DNA from: Mytilus trossulus
Taxonomy: Eukaryota
Direction: 5' to 3'
Length of the DNA stretch: 64,000 bases
NCBI RefSeq assembly: GCF_036588685.1
Contig: NC_086385.1
Location: 62,643,216-62,707,215 of the forward strand
Part shown: piece by piece, positions 23,928 through 36,152 of the stretch
Layout of the letters: each line of letters starts with the position of its first letter
Position numbering within the stretch: the first letter of the stretch is position 1
The notes under the pieces: generated by a model
Told to the model about the DNA's origin: nothing
Database searches by the model: none
Seen by the model: only the letters and a program-made list of their open reading frames with translations
Program-made: the position numbers and the translations under genes

Positions 23928-24244
23928 TATTCTGCCTCAGTGCATACTAGTATAACCATAAGCCACAGTAATGTATATCATTTATTTCGAAAACCATGAA
24001 ATAACAAGTTCTACATATGTGTGCTGTGATGTTGGTAAAAAGATTGTGAGTTGGCGTAGTTTACGATACTTTTAAATGCCTGTGACCACGTTCATGCTTT
24101 CAATTTAGGAAACAAAAAGGTAAGGGGGACAGTAACGAACTTCAAAGTACAAAAATCTAGCAATAAAAAATAGTCCGGGAAAACTTATGAAAAGTCGATA
24201 GAATTTCTGTTAAACAATAAAAAATCAACACTGGTAACAGTACA
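23928..24244 (-). repeat. 5' LTR (317 bp, TG...TA)
   Basis: About 99% identical to the 3' LTR segments. The sense strand has a TATA-like TTTAAAAG (~24076-24069), an Inr-like TCA (24049-24047) and AATAAA (23986-23981). Confidence 0.92.
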
Positions 24245-25026
24245 TATATTTTGTAAACTAGTTGCGATTATTTTGACAGAATGATGAGTTTGAAACCTGT
24301 AAATCTTCCGCAGTTGATATGTACATGTATACATATGCAAACATAATTAATTGAGTTGTGCATTGTTTTTGTTATTACATTTTTTGTAACTAAAGATCGA
24401 CAATACGGATGTCAAACACATCAATCCGATTAAATACAGATCCTCTGTGAAATACGTTTCGTTCTACGGTTTGTTGTAAAGTCCTGTCGGTATCCTCTAG
24501 TTTTGTCGGATTAATACACACCTGTAAAAATTTGAAGGCTAACATTGCATTGGCTGGTGTGATAATTACCAGAACAGAAAATAAAACGCAGTGTTTCAGA
24601 TCCTCGTAAGCAAAGCTTGCGCCACATTATTTATGTATGAGCCTGTCCCAAGTCAGGAGCCTGTAATTTAGTGGTTGTCGTTTGTTTATGTGTTACATAT
24701 TTGTTTTTCGTTCATTTTTTTTTCATAAATAAGGCCGTTAGTTTTCTCGTTAAAATTGTTTTACATTGTCTTATCGGGGCCTTTTATAGCTGACTATGCG
24801 GTATAGGCTTTGCTCATTGTTAAAGGTCGTACGGTGACCTTTAGTTGTTAATGTTTGTCATTTGGATCTTTTGTGAATAGTTGTCTCATTGGTAATCATG
24901 CCACATCTTCTTTTTTATAATTAAACTGTAAATGAGTCTGTATTTTAATCAGTTTGAAAATATATCCTCATCAATTCAAGAGAAGAGGGACGAAAGATAC
25001 CAAAGGGACAGTCAAACTCATTACAT

Positions 25027-28000
25027 ATGCGTATTCAACTGGTGCCGGATTACAAGTTATTTCAATTACAAATATTTTATAGTGTTGTATCTCCACATTT
25101 CCATTGGCGTATTCAAATGGTGCTGGATTACAAGTTAGTTCAATTAGAAATATTTTATAGTGTTGTATCTCCACATTTCCATTGGCGTATTCAAATGGTG
25201 CTGGATTACAAGTTAGTTCAATTACAAATATTTTATAGTGGTGTATCTACACATTTCCATTGGTGTATTCAACTGGTGCCGGATTACAAGTTAGTTCAGA
25301 TACAAATATTTTATAGAGTTGTATCTCCACATTTACATTGACCAGGCAAAAGCTAGCGAACAATAGCTAGCGAACAATAAGCCAGCGAACAATAAGGCGA
25401 TATATCGAGAAACCAAAAAACAGAATAAGACAACAACGGCCGTTAAATAAAAAAATATTCCAAAAGGCAGAAAATCAGTTAAAATATAGCAATTTTAACT
25501 CAATTTTGAAATGGTTTTCATCCAATCTATTGATTTAACAAGTCGCATAACTTGTTAGGCTACTATTCAGTACCACAATAACTCTGCATCTATCAACGGA
25601 TTATTTGTAGGTGTAGGGCCTCCTATGCACCCTCTTCAATTTAGAACGTATGTAAAAGTAGTCTTACCCTGTAAAATAAAGCACCTTTTATGTCATTGTT
25701 TAATCTAGAGCTCAAAATTTGAAAAAAATGTCAAAAATTAGGGGGGTCGGCCTATTCCAGGGCTTCTAGAGAAAAATAATGAGGGGTGTCACGGGGTACG
25801 ACTATAAAGGTCTTGTAGAGGAGAAACATGCGCTTCTTTTGCGCTAGGTATCGAAGGGCGCTATGTTCAAAAATCTGAAACTAGAGCTCAAAATTTGAAA
25901 AAAATGTCAAAAAATTAGGGGGGTCGGCCTATTCCAGGAGTTCTAGGGGAAAATAATGAGGGGTGTCACGGGGTATGACTATATAGGTCTTGTAGAGGAG
26001 AAACAGGCGCTTCTTTTGCACTAGGTATCGAAGGGCGCTATGTTCAAAAATCTGAAACTAGAGCTCAAAATTTGAAAAAAATGTTCAAAAAATGGGGGTA
26101 GGGTCGGCCTATTCTAGGAGTTCTAGGGAAAAATAATGAGGGGTGTCACGGGGTATGACTATGAAGGTCTTGTAAAAAAGAAACAGGCGCTTCTTTTGCG
26201 CTAGGTATCGAAGGGCGCTATGTTCGAGAATCTGAAACTAGAGCTCAAAATTCGAAAAAAATGTTTAAAAAATGGGGGTAGGGTCGGCCTATTCCAGGAG
26301 TTCTAGAGAAAAATAATATGGGGTGTCACGGGATATGACTATATAGGTCCTGTAGAGGAGAAACAGGCGCTTCTTTTGCGCTAGGTATCGAAGGGTGCTA
26401 TGTTCAAAAATCTGAAACTAGAGCTCAAAATTTGAAAAAAAATGTCCAAAAAATGGGGGTAGGGACCTATATAGTCATACCCCGTGACACCCCTCATTAT
26501 TTTTCTCTAGAAGCCCTGGAATAGGCCGACCCCCCTAATTTTTTGACATTTTTTTCAAAATTTGAGGTCTAGATTAAACAATGATATAAAAGGTGCTATA
26601 TTTTACAGGGTAGGACTACTTTTACATACGTTCTAAATTGAAGAGGGTGCATAGGTGGCCCTACACCTACAGATAATCCGTTGATAGATGCAGAGTTATT
26701 GTGGTACTGAATAGTAGCCTAACAAGTTATGCGACTTGTTAAATCAATAGATTGGATGAAAACCATTTCAAAATTGAGTTAAAATTGCTATAATTTAACT
26801 GATTTTCTGCCTTTTGGAATATTTTTTTATTTAACGGCCGTTGTTGTCTTATTCTGTTTTTTGGTTTCTCGATATATCGTCTTATTGTTCGCTGGCTTAT
26901 TGTTCGCTAGCTATTGTTCGCTAGCTTTTGTCTGGTTTTACATTGGCGTATTCAACTGGTGCTGGATTACAAGTTAGTTCAGATACAAATATTTAATAGT
27001 GGTGTATCTCCACATTTATATTGGCGTATTCACTCGGTGCCGGATTACAAGTTAGTTCAGATACAAATATTTTATAGTGGTGTATCTCCACATTTACATT
27101 GGCGTATTCAACTGGTGCTGGATTACAAGTTAGTTCAGATACAAATATTTTATAGTGGTGTATCTACACATTTCCATTGGTGTATTCACTCGGTGCCGGA
27201 TTACAAGTTAGTTCAGATACAAATATTTTATAGCGTTGTATCTACACATTTCCATTGGTGTATTCATCTGGTGCCGAATTACAAGTTCGTTCAATTACAA
27301 ATGTTTTATAGTGTTGTATCTCCACAATTCCATTGGTGTATCCACTCGGTGCCGGATTACAATGTTTTATAGTGTTGTATCTTCACATTTCCATTGGTTT
27401 ATTCACTCGGTGCCGGATTACAAGTTAGTTCAGATACAAATATTTCATAGTGGTGTATCTCCACATTTACATTGGCGTATTCATCTGGTGCCGAATTACA
27501 AGTTAGTTAAGATACCCATTTTTTATAGTGGTGTATCTCCACATGTCCATTGGCGTATTCAACTTGTGTCGGATTACAAGTTAGTTCAGATACAAATATT
27601 GTATAGTGTTGTATCCCCACATTTCCATTGGTGTATTCACCCAGTGCCGGATTACAAGTTAGTTCAGATACCCATATGTTATTGTGGTGTATCTCCACAT
27701 TTCCATTGACGTATTCAACTGGTGCCGGATTACAAGTTAGTTCAAATACCCATATTTTATAGTGGTGTATCTCCACATTTACATTGGCGTATTCAACTGG
27801 TGCCGGATTACAAGTTAGTTCAGATACAAATATTTTATAGTGTTGAATCTACACATTTACTTTGGCGTATTCAACTGGTGCCGGATTACAAGTTAGTTCA
27901 GATACCCATATTTTATAGTGGTGTATACGTATCTCCACATTTAAATTGGAGTATTCACCCGGTGCCGGATTACAAGTTAGTTCATATACAAATATTTTAT

Positions 28001-28645
28001 ATCGTTGTATCTGCACATTTCCATTGGTGTATTCACCCGGTGCCGGATCACAAGTTAGTTCAGATACAAATATTCTATAGCGTTGTATCTACACATTTCC
28101 ATTGGTGTATTCACTCGGTGCCGGATTACAAGTTAGTTCAGATTCAAATATTTTATAGCGTTGTATCTCCACATTTCCATTGGTGTATTCAACCGGTGCC
28201 GGATTACAAGTTAGTTAGGATACAAATATTTTATGGCGTTGTATCTACACATTTCCATCGGTGTATTCACTCGGTGCCGGATTACAAGTTAGTTCAGATA
28301 CAAATATTTTATAGTGGTGTATCTACACATTTCCATTGGCGTATTCAACCGGTGCCGGATTACAAGTTAGTTCAGATACAAATGTTTTATAGCGTTGTAT
28401 CTCCACATTTCCATTGGTGTTTTCACCCGGTGCCGGATTACAAGTTAGTTCAGATACAAATATTTTCTAGAGTTGTATCTCCACATTTACATTGGCGTAT
28501 TCAAATAGCGCAGGATTACAAGTTAGTTCAGATACAAATATTGTATAGTGTTAAATCTCCACATTTTCATTGGTGTATTCACCTGGTGCCGGATTAAAAG
28601 TTAGTTCAGATACAAATATTTTATAGTGTTGTATTTCCACCATTT
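25027..28645. repeat. 78-bp minisatellite (~26 units), interrupted by a foldback element
   Basis: Unit attggcgtattcaactggtgccggattacaagttagttcagatacaaatattttatagtggtgtatctccacatttcc. It gives the 26-aa periodicity seen in spurious ORFs. Confidence 0.95.
25341..26936. mobile_element. Foldback / MULE-like non-autonomous transposon with internal ~178-bp tandem array
   Basis: ~470-bp TIRs (ACCAGGCAAAAGCTAGCG.. / ..CGCTAGCTTTTGTCTGGT) and a 9-bp TSD TTTACATTG. Internal units start at 25705, 25881, 26058, 26238 and 26418. Confidence 0.92.
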
Positions 28646-28829
28646 CTCGAGTACTTTTGTTGTAAAATAATTGTTATCAAATTGTTCTTAGTAGTACTAT
28701 ATATAAAATGTATAAGTCGAAGCGTTTTTCTAGATTTACCTTCAATAGGGACACGTGAACTAGAAACATTTTGGATTATAGCTCTTCATCTTTTATATAA
28801 GCTTTGGATTTCAAATATTTTGGCCACGA

Positions 28830-28873
28830 GCATCACTGAAGAGACATGTATTGTCGAAATGCGCATCTGGTGC
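28830..28873 (+). ncRNA. Type I hammerhead ribozyme, second family, apparently intact
   Basis: GCAUCA - CUGAAGA - GAC/auguauu/GUC - GAAA - palindrome UGCGCA - UC (AUC site) - UGGUGC. Stem I GCAUCA/UGGUGC pairs fully, with one GU. Confidence 0.82.
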
Positions 28874-30004
28874 CAGAAAATTGGTACAGTTAATTTTATT
28901 AAAATCCCTCGCACTCAAACCGAACCCGCTTACGCGAGATCGTAACCATTGAGGCGACCTCGTACCTTGAACTTTGAAACAAATACAGAAGATATTTAAA
29001 ATTAATATATATATATCTGAATTTCTTTATCTTGACGTAAATCATCTTGAAGACTGTTTCGACGGAATTATTTGTATTGTACATGTATTATATTGCTATG
29101 CGCAAAATAAAATCACGGCAGGAGACATTGGATTAGAAAATTGATCAAATAAACTCATTACATATAGGCCAGGATTCTGTACAATGTGGGTACGCCAGAA
29201 AAGCTGTTCGTTTTCGAGAGATTCACCAATGACGCTCAAGTACAAAAAATAATAAACAGGCCAAAAAAAGTACGAATAAGATATGAATAATTTTGAAGAG
29301 CATTTAGGACCAAAAATTGCGACAGGTTCTACCAAAAGATAATTAAAGTTATATATTCCTATCCATTCAAAGAGGGTAACTCTGTAAAATGTACAGATGA
29401 TTAACTTGAGGCTTGGTATTTTACCGTGTACATCGGGATGTAGCGGCTATGTAGTACTACGTAGATTTATGACGATCGAAAGAGTAGCTAGCCTTGCTGC
29501 TATCAATATCTATGTAAAAGCTAGGCTAGATACACGTTCAATAGAGATTTTGGTTTCCTGTGTTGAGTTCAATATCGTAGCGGCTACGTAGTGCTACGTA
29601 GATTTTGACTATTGAACGTGTAGCTATAGACTAGTTGTTACATATATATTATTGAACTCAACCTTTTAAATTCTTTTACACAAATAGTATTAATTTTTGG
29701 GCCCTTTATAACTTGCTATTCGTTGGGAGCTAAGGCTTCGTGTTTAATGCTGTACTTTGCTTGATTTGAGAATTGTCTCAATGACATGCATACCAAATCT
29801 TCATATTTATATATATTTTTATGTTTAAAAACTAATCTAATATATCATTAAACCATGTTAAGCATATTTCAACTAATGTTATTTACCGAAAGAAACTATT
29901 TATCAAATGTGTTGCTTTTGTTTTCAATTTCAATTCACAAAGAGTTTTGTTTTAGGAAAGAAATGGTGTCTCAAGAGGCATAAATCGAGAACGGTCAAAG
30001 TGAC

Positions 30005-30541
30005 CGGTGCTTTGCTTTTGCGCCAATTGGTATTTCATTTGCGCCAAAAAAATCTTTCATTTGCGCCACAAACAATATTTCATTTGCGCCAAAATAAAAC
30101 CTTTTATTTGCGCCAATATTACAGGTAAATAGGATAAAACATATATATTTAATATTACACACTTTTAAATTATTCTCCTGTTGTATGTCTAAATCGAAAA
30201 TGTCCATATTGACACCTCGAACATGTGAACACTTTATATATTTATAAACCTTAGTGACTCTCAGCTTCTGAAATGAGTGTGGCATTGAACTCACCCCAAT
30301 TATAAACTTAGTGACTCTCGGCTTCAGAAATGATTGTGGCATTGAACTCACCCCATTATCCAGAGAAATACTGTAGAGACAAACATTTTAGAGCAATGCA
30401 TATTTATCCACTATTGCTTACCTGAATTACCTGTAAAATGGTGCAAATGAAGTTTTTATTTTTTGGCGCAAATAAAATATTACCTTGTGGCGCAAATGAA
30501 AGATTATAATTTTCAAAAATCGGCGCAAATGAAATGCGCCC
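30005..30541. mobile_element. MITE with subterminal CATTTGCGCC repeats
   Basis: Imperfect TIRs, multiple inverted catttgcgcc/ggcgcaaatg motifs, and an 8-9-bp TSD (c)aaagtgac. Confidence 0.7.
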
Positions 30542-31846
30542 AAAGTGACTACATATTTTAACTTGGTCTGTGATTTGTGGTAATCAGCATGATGTGTACG
30601 TTTAATAACATTCTAACTTTGGTCTGTGATTTTTGGTAATAAGCATTATGTGTACGTTTAGTAACATTTGGTTGAGTGAAACTAAAGTTATAGAGAAAGG
30701 AAACCAATTTTAAGACATACGTACAGACGGACGGACAAAGGTAAATAACACTTAATCAATGTCGGGGCATACGCTACAGTATTGATCCCACGGTGGTTGA
30801 TTTTATAAAATTGTACATGCTAGCAATTATCAACTGGCTAATTCAAATGTGTAATAAAATATTAAGCTTCATATTTTTGTGGGATCGAAACACTTTTAAC
30901 ATTTATTGTTACACGGACATTTCTAGTTTTTGACAAGACGTTCATCTTTTTTGTATCAAAAGATAACCGCATGCGGATTATTTTAAAAGATTTGGAATAC
31001 ATGCAATTAATTTGTGTAAAAAATCGTTAATTTCCATGATTTTACAAAAAAACCCGTCACTTTTAATTTATATTTTTGTAGTTCAAATGAAAATCATAAG
31101 AGATGTCTTCATAAAAAGTGGATAAAAATATTCTGCATACAGTTTCAAATCGAATGTCATTAAAAAAGAGGGGTCAGTCAATGGGTACTCATGTACTCAA
31201 ACATTAAATATACCAATAATCCGTCTGAAAAATAAATATTTGATCTCAACCTATTGTTCTTATGATTTGTAATTTCATAGTTTTTACACAATCTTCGTAA
31301 AATTAAGGTGTATAGAATAAATATTTATTTAGACAATGGCCTAAAACAATATGTACCAGTAATCCGTATTTAGAATAAATGTTAATCTCCAGTAAATTGT
31401 AATTACATAATCTTTGTTAATTTAGGGTATATTGATAAGTATTTTAGACAATGGTCTAAACAATGCCCCAATGATCCGTAAGTAAAACTGTTATACTTTA
31501 TAGATAAGTAAAACTGTTATACTTTATAGATAAGTAAAACTGTTATACCTAGATAATATGAAGACAATCTCACTAATCTACGACACCGTCATCACGATAA
31601 CATACTGTCACCCTCGATAAAACATTGTCACCTTATGATAAAGTTGTCAAAGGGAAAGGCAACCACCTACGGCCGTCATTGATTTTATGTTCGTATATTT
31701 TCTACCTGTACACATTTGTCATACCTCACTTGTTGATGAACATTCGAAAAAAAAGATGGAGGAGCTTTGAAAAGTGTAAAACTTTAGAAAAGAAAGTTTA
31801 ATTCATTAAAAAAGGATAAAAAAGTGAAGAAGAAAAGTCGATAGCC

Positions 31847-31854
31847 ATGGGAGA
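31847..31854 (+). CDS. Innexin, putative 8-nt first coding exon (ATG GGA GA)
   Basis: gccATGGGAGA|GTAAGT gives a good Kozak context and a consensus donor. Its phase matches the acceptor at 42821, giving MGEIENFKKQGTRIFKVGITDDSSIHLLNRLY. Confidence 0.65.
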
Positions 31855-34791
31855 GTAAGTACTTAGTTGTTTATCAATAATTTTATATGAAAAAGTAAAA
31901 AATGGCAAAATGATGAATTTATAATATTACAAGGGAATTGTTTTTAAATGGGTGAGAATTTGATACTTGATGTGCTTGTTGACCATAAATATTTACTGTT
32001 TATGTTTACATATTACGTGTTACATGACTGACTGACTGTCTTTTGTTTGATGAAATATTATCATGGAAACATCTAGGGGATCTAGCACGGTGGTACACAA
32101 ATTATAGACGGTAAATGCATGTTTCAGTACAATGCTCATTTGTTTTCTTTATCCTCGATGGATCACACATAATACCCCCCCCCCCCCCCAAAAAAAAACA
32201 ACCAAAAAAAAAACCAACAAACAAACAAAACACAAAACACAAACACAAAAAAAAAACCACAACACAACACAACAAAAAAAACTTGCAAAATAAGACTGTG
32301 AATTACTTAGATTTAGATATAGGAAGATGTGGTGTGATTGCCAATGAGATAACTCTCCATCCAAATATTAAACAATTTAAAAAAAAGTAAACCATTATAG
32401 GTCTGAGTTCAAATACTGTCTTAATCATTGTTCACTCAAATGATGATTTTTTTACTTTCAATGCTAAATTTATTGTTACTGGCAGACTTTTTCAAAGTAT
32501 AAGATAACATATTAAGATTGAAAACTTTAAAAAAAAAAAACACGAAAAAAATCAGATTGGTGACGGTGAGGACTTGAATTTTGAAACTGATAAGATATAT
32601 GTGTCCTCCATTTGTGACACCTCCTTTAGTTTAATTTGATTTTTAAGTTTACATAATATTATACATTCTTGAGTCTTTGAAATAAAGAGAACTGAAAAAT
32701 ATTTCTTATTTTATTAATGTTTTGTTGCACGTAAAACACACCCATAACAGAGTATCTAACATTATTTATAATGTATTTAATTTAATAAATGTCAGACTAG
32801 ACTGAACACTCACGTACATGTATTTAACGTGACATAACCTATTTGTACTTCAGTAGAGTTGAATGTTCTCATTTTAACTCTAAATAAATCGAAATAACAA
32901 ATCATGGAATGTTAAAACAACATTATACATGTATTTAACCTAAAGCAATATGACAGTCATTTGTTACGTAACCTTATCATATATGACATATTTGTAACCA
33001 AACCATGGGATTTATACAATTTTGGTAAAATGTGTGTGGGAAGGGGCGTTCACGTTCAGTTTAACCTATTAGAATATTAAATGGGGTCTGAGAAGGGTTG
33101 TAAGAAAAGAGAATAATGGCCCTAAAAAAATTTGACGAAAGGGCTAAAACTAAAGAAATCCTGAGAATGACTGGGTTTTTAAATATATAGAAATTTATTA
33201 TAAGAGAATTAAAGCCCCCACCCAAGATCAAAAGTCATGAAAAATATTGAATCCATTAAATAAAGACTCCGGCCAGGTAAAAACTCTTTAAAACAGACCC
33301 TTGATTCGTGATAAATATTTAGAGATAAAATAATTCAAAAACAGAGTACCTGTCAACAAAGGAGATTACACAGAGAATTTCAATGGATAATGCATGTCAG
33401 AACTTATATTGTTTTTATGCAAATACTGGCTCATTTTATTGTTTCTATTAAACAAGTAAAGGAGTAGGTTCGGTAATGGCCGATTTTGACCTCCAACTTC
33501 AGGTTCATCTGTCAGATGAAAGATTTTAGACACTTTTTAAACACTTAAGTGTCTACATCAGTCGATTCAATTATTGTATGTGTAGGATTTCATTTGAATT
33601 GATTTAGTCATTAAAAACGCTCAAATTCAAGCTTATTAATAAATATATGCAAAATTTAATCAAAAATGCAATTTAGGCCTCAAAGGAGTCTTTATTGGCC
33701 TATTCCTTTCTTTAATACTATTTCAAAAAGCCTTCAATCGGTACTTAAATTCAAAGCATCACAGTCCAATGACTTGAAGGTTCTAATAATATTGTGATTT
33801 ATTTCTAAACACACCAGCAAATTAGTACCCTTAACTGCAACTTTGACATATTTTGCCAAATTCACAGTACACTGTATGTATCTCTTAAACATGTTAAATG
33901 TACAAAACTGTACAATAAGAACAATCAGTAATCAAATTATACCTTCCAAGAGGTAAGGCCAATTTCCCCTGAAATAATTCCTATCTAATATAAAAAAGAA
34001 GATGTGGTATGATTGCCAATGAGACAACTATGCACACAAGACAAAAATGACACTGAAATTAACAACTATAGGTCACCGTACGGTCTTCAACAATGAGCAA
34101 AGCCCATACCGCATAGTCAGCTGTAAAAGGCACTGTAAAACAATTCAAACAAGAAAACTAGCGGCCTTATTTATGTAAAAAAAAATTAGGCATTTTTAAA
34201 AAGCGTTCCATTCAATCACCAAAATTCATAGTATCATATCCAAGTGTGTGCAATATTGTAACAATAGTATGGCTTATTTCTTAACAGATCAGCAAATTAT
34301 ATAAACGCCTGATAGGTCGAACCACAAATTAAACATATTTGTGCAATTTAGTACAGTCATATTAGTATTTTTCGACATATCTAATGTTCATTTTATTATA
34401 AATTCGTCCAACCTCTCTGTCGACCTTCCCATTATCTCTGTGTTTAAAAGGTAAATGTCATACAAATCTCTTTTGGTTTTGTCGACCTGTCCATTATTTT
34501 TGTGTAAATTCGTCATATAACACCTTTAATATAGTCAACCTTTGTTTTTTGTTAAGACCTTTCTATAAGCTCTGTGTTAATTAGCCATACCCTCTTTAAA
34601 TTTGTCTACCTTTCCTTAAGCTCCACTGTGTTAATTTTCCCTACCGGGACATCCGGGGCTTGATTGCTAAGGCGGTTTTATGTCACGGCTCCCACAAAAA
34701 GTATGATTTAATGTGTATCAGATGTGGTTTGATAACTAATTTTTGATCAGACGAAGTTGTAATAGAAGTTGGAAACTTTTACAGTCGTAAG

Positions 34792-36033
34792 ATGTCAAAT
34801 TCAGCAAATAATACAAATACTACAGTTGAAAATTCAGAGGTAAACCAAACCAATGACAAAAACAATATGGCGGACACCATCGAGACTTACTCTTCTATAT
34901 TGCAAAAACAAAACACAAAAAACAATTATGATGTTGAGGATGTAAAACCAGTTTTCATATTAGAAACTGACTTGTTTGGCAACACTAAACCAAGCAGAGA
35001 CCAGTTTCTAACACACATAGAACTGTACAAAACCATTGACGCTACAATATGCCCAGCCAGTCATCTCAAAGGGTTGCAGCGTGTTCGAGGTTTGTGGAGA
35101 ATCTATTTTGATTCTGATATCGATAGAGAATCCCTCATTACGTCTGGCATAACAATTCGGAATAAATATATCCAGGTTTACAGTAGAAACCCAAGGATAA
35201 TTGTTAATGAAAGACCAACTTACCTGAAAGTACGTGTAAAAAATGTGCCCTGTTCCGCTGAGGACGGACAGATTGAACGAAGCTTAGAATACCACGGATG
35301 CGAGGTTATTAAAATGTACAGAGAACGATTGCGAGTAGATGGCCTGTTATCAAATTGCCAAACTGGAGACAGAATCGCAATGGTAGCTCCTTTAAGTAAA
35401 GCTCTACCGAGATCTGTCCTTATTGGTAAATACAGAGCAACAGTTATTCACCAAGGACAAGAAAATCACAATCAAGCTGAAATCTCATGCAATAAATGCC
35501 TAAAGAAAGGTCACAAATTTTCGCAGTGTCCAAATGACTGGGTTTGTCTTCATTGTAAGAAACAAGGACACAGACAAGCAGAGTGTAATTCGCATCTAAG
35601 TGAAAGTGACGACACAGAAGACGACAATTCAGATGAGGATAAGTCAGAAACAGAAGACTTGGTGCAGACATCACAATCAATACTGCAACCAATCCCCAAT
35701 GACAGTCAAACAGTATCAGCTATAGCTCCACTCAGTAATGATCAAACAGACACTTCTACCAACAAAAGTGCAGACAACGACAATACATACATGAACAATC
35801 ATGACTCAGGATTGGAAGCTATAAACACCAACACTCCAATAGATGGTTCGCACAAAAAAAAGAAGAAAAAAAAACTGACTAATAATCAAAAGAAAACACT
35901 AGGAGATATAAGCCAATATTTCCAAGGAACGAACCAAACTCCAAGAAATAAAACCGATAAGAGAAACGCAACAACCCCAACAGAAGAGTATCAAGAACGT
36001 ACAGGTCCTGCACAAAAGACATTTAAACCGTAG
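34792..36033 (+). CDS. LINE ORF1 (gag-like, two CCHC zinc knuckles)
   Basis: RRM-like region (LQRVRGLWRIY, KVRVKNVP), CNKCLKKGHKFSQC and CLHCKKQGHRQAEC, then an acidic and a basic tail. Confidence 0.9.
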   Translation: MSNSANNTNTTVENSEVNQTNDKNNMADTIETYSSILQKQNTKNNYDVEDVKPVFILETDLFGNTKPSRDQFLTHIELYKTIDATICPASHLKGLQRVRGLWRIYFDSDIDRESLITSGITIRNKYIQVYSRNPRIIVNERPTYLKVRVKNVPCSAEDGQIERSLEYHGCEVIKMYRERLRVDGLLSNCQTGDRIAMVAPLSKALPRSVLIGKYRATVIHQGQENHNQAEISCNKCLKKGHKFSQCPNDWVCLHCKKQGHRQAECNSHLSESDDTEDDNSDEDKSETEDLVQTSQSILQPIPNDSQTVSAIAPLSNDQTDTSTNKSADNDNTYMNNHDSGLEAINTNTPIDGSHKKKKKKKLTNNQKKTLGDISQYFQGTNQTPRNKTDKRNATTPTEEYQERTGPAQKTFKP

Positions 36034-36152
36034 GGCCAATAAAACATGGCTACATGTAACCATCAAACAGAATTTAATAGATCAATTCAAACAAAAATGG
36101 CTAGCAAGCCTACAGGAATCACCAAAAGCATTAAATTATCGCTTATTTAAAG

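Larger units (their letters stand above)
16781..24244 (-). mobile_element. BEL/Pao LTR retrotransposon, full length, coding region disrupted
   Basis: LTRs at 23928-24244 and 16781-17499, 5-bp TSD TATAT (16776-16780 and 24245-24249), PPT TAGACGGGGAG next to the 3' LTR, domain order gag-PR-RT-RH-IN. Confidence 0.95.

Noticed and set aside
24932-28597. Repetitive ORFs (..PDYKLVQIQIFYS..)
   Set aside because: Products of the 78-bp minisatellite, broken by stops, frameshifts and a transposon.
32115-32390. Lys/Pro-rich ORFs
   Set aside because: Low-complexity C/A tract plus an interspersed repeat.
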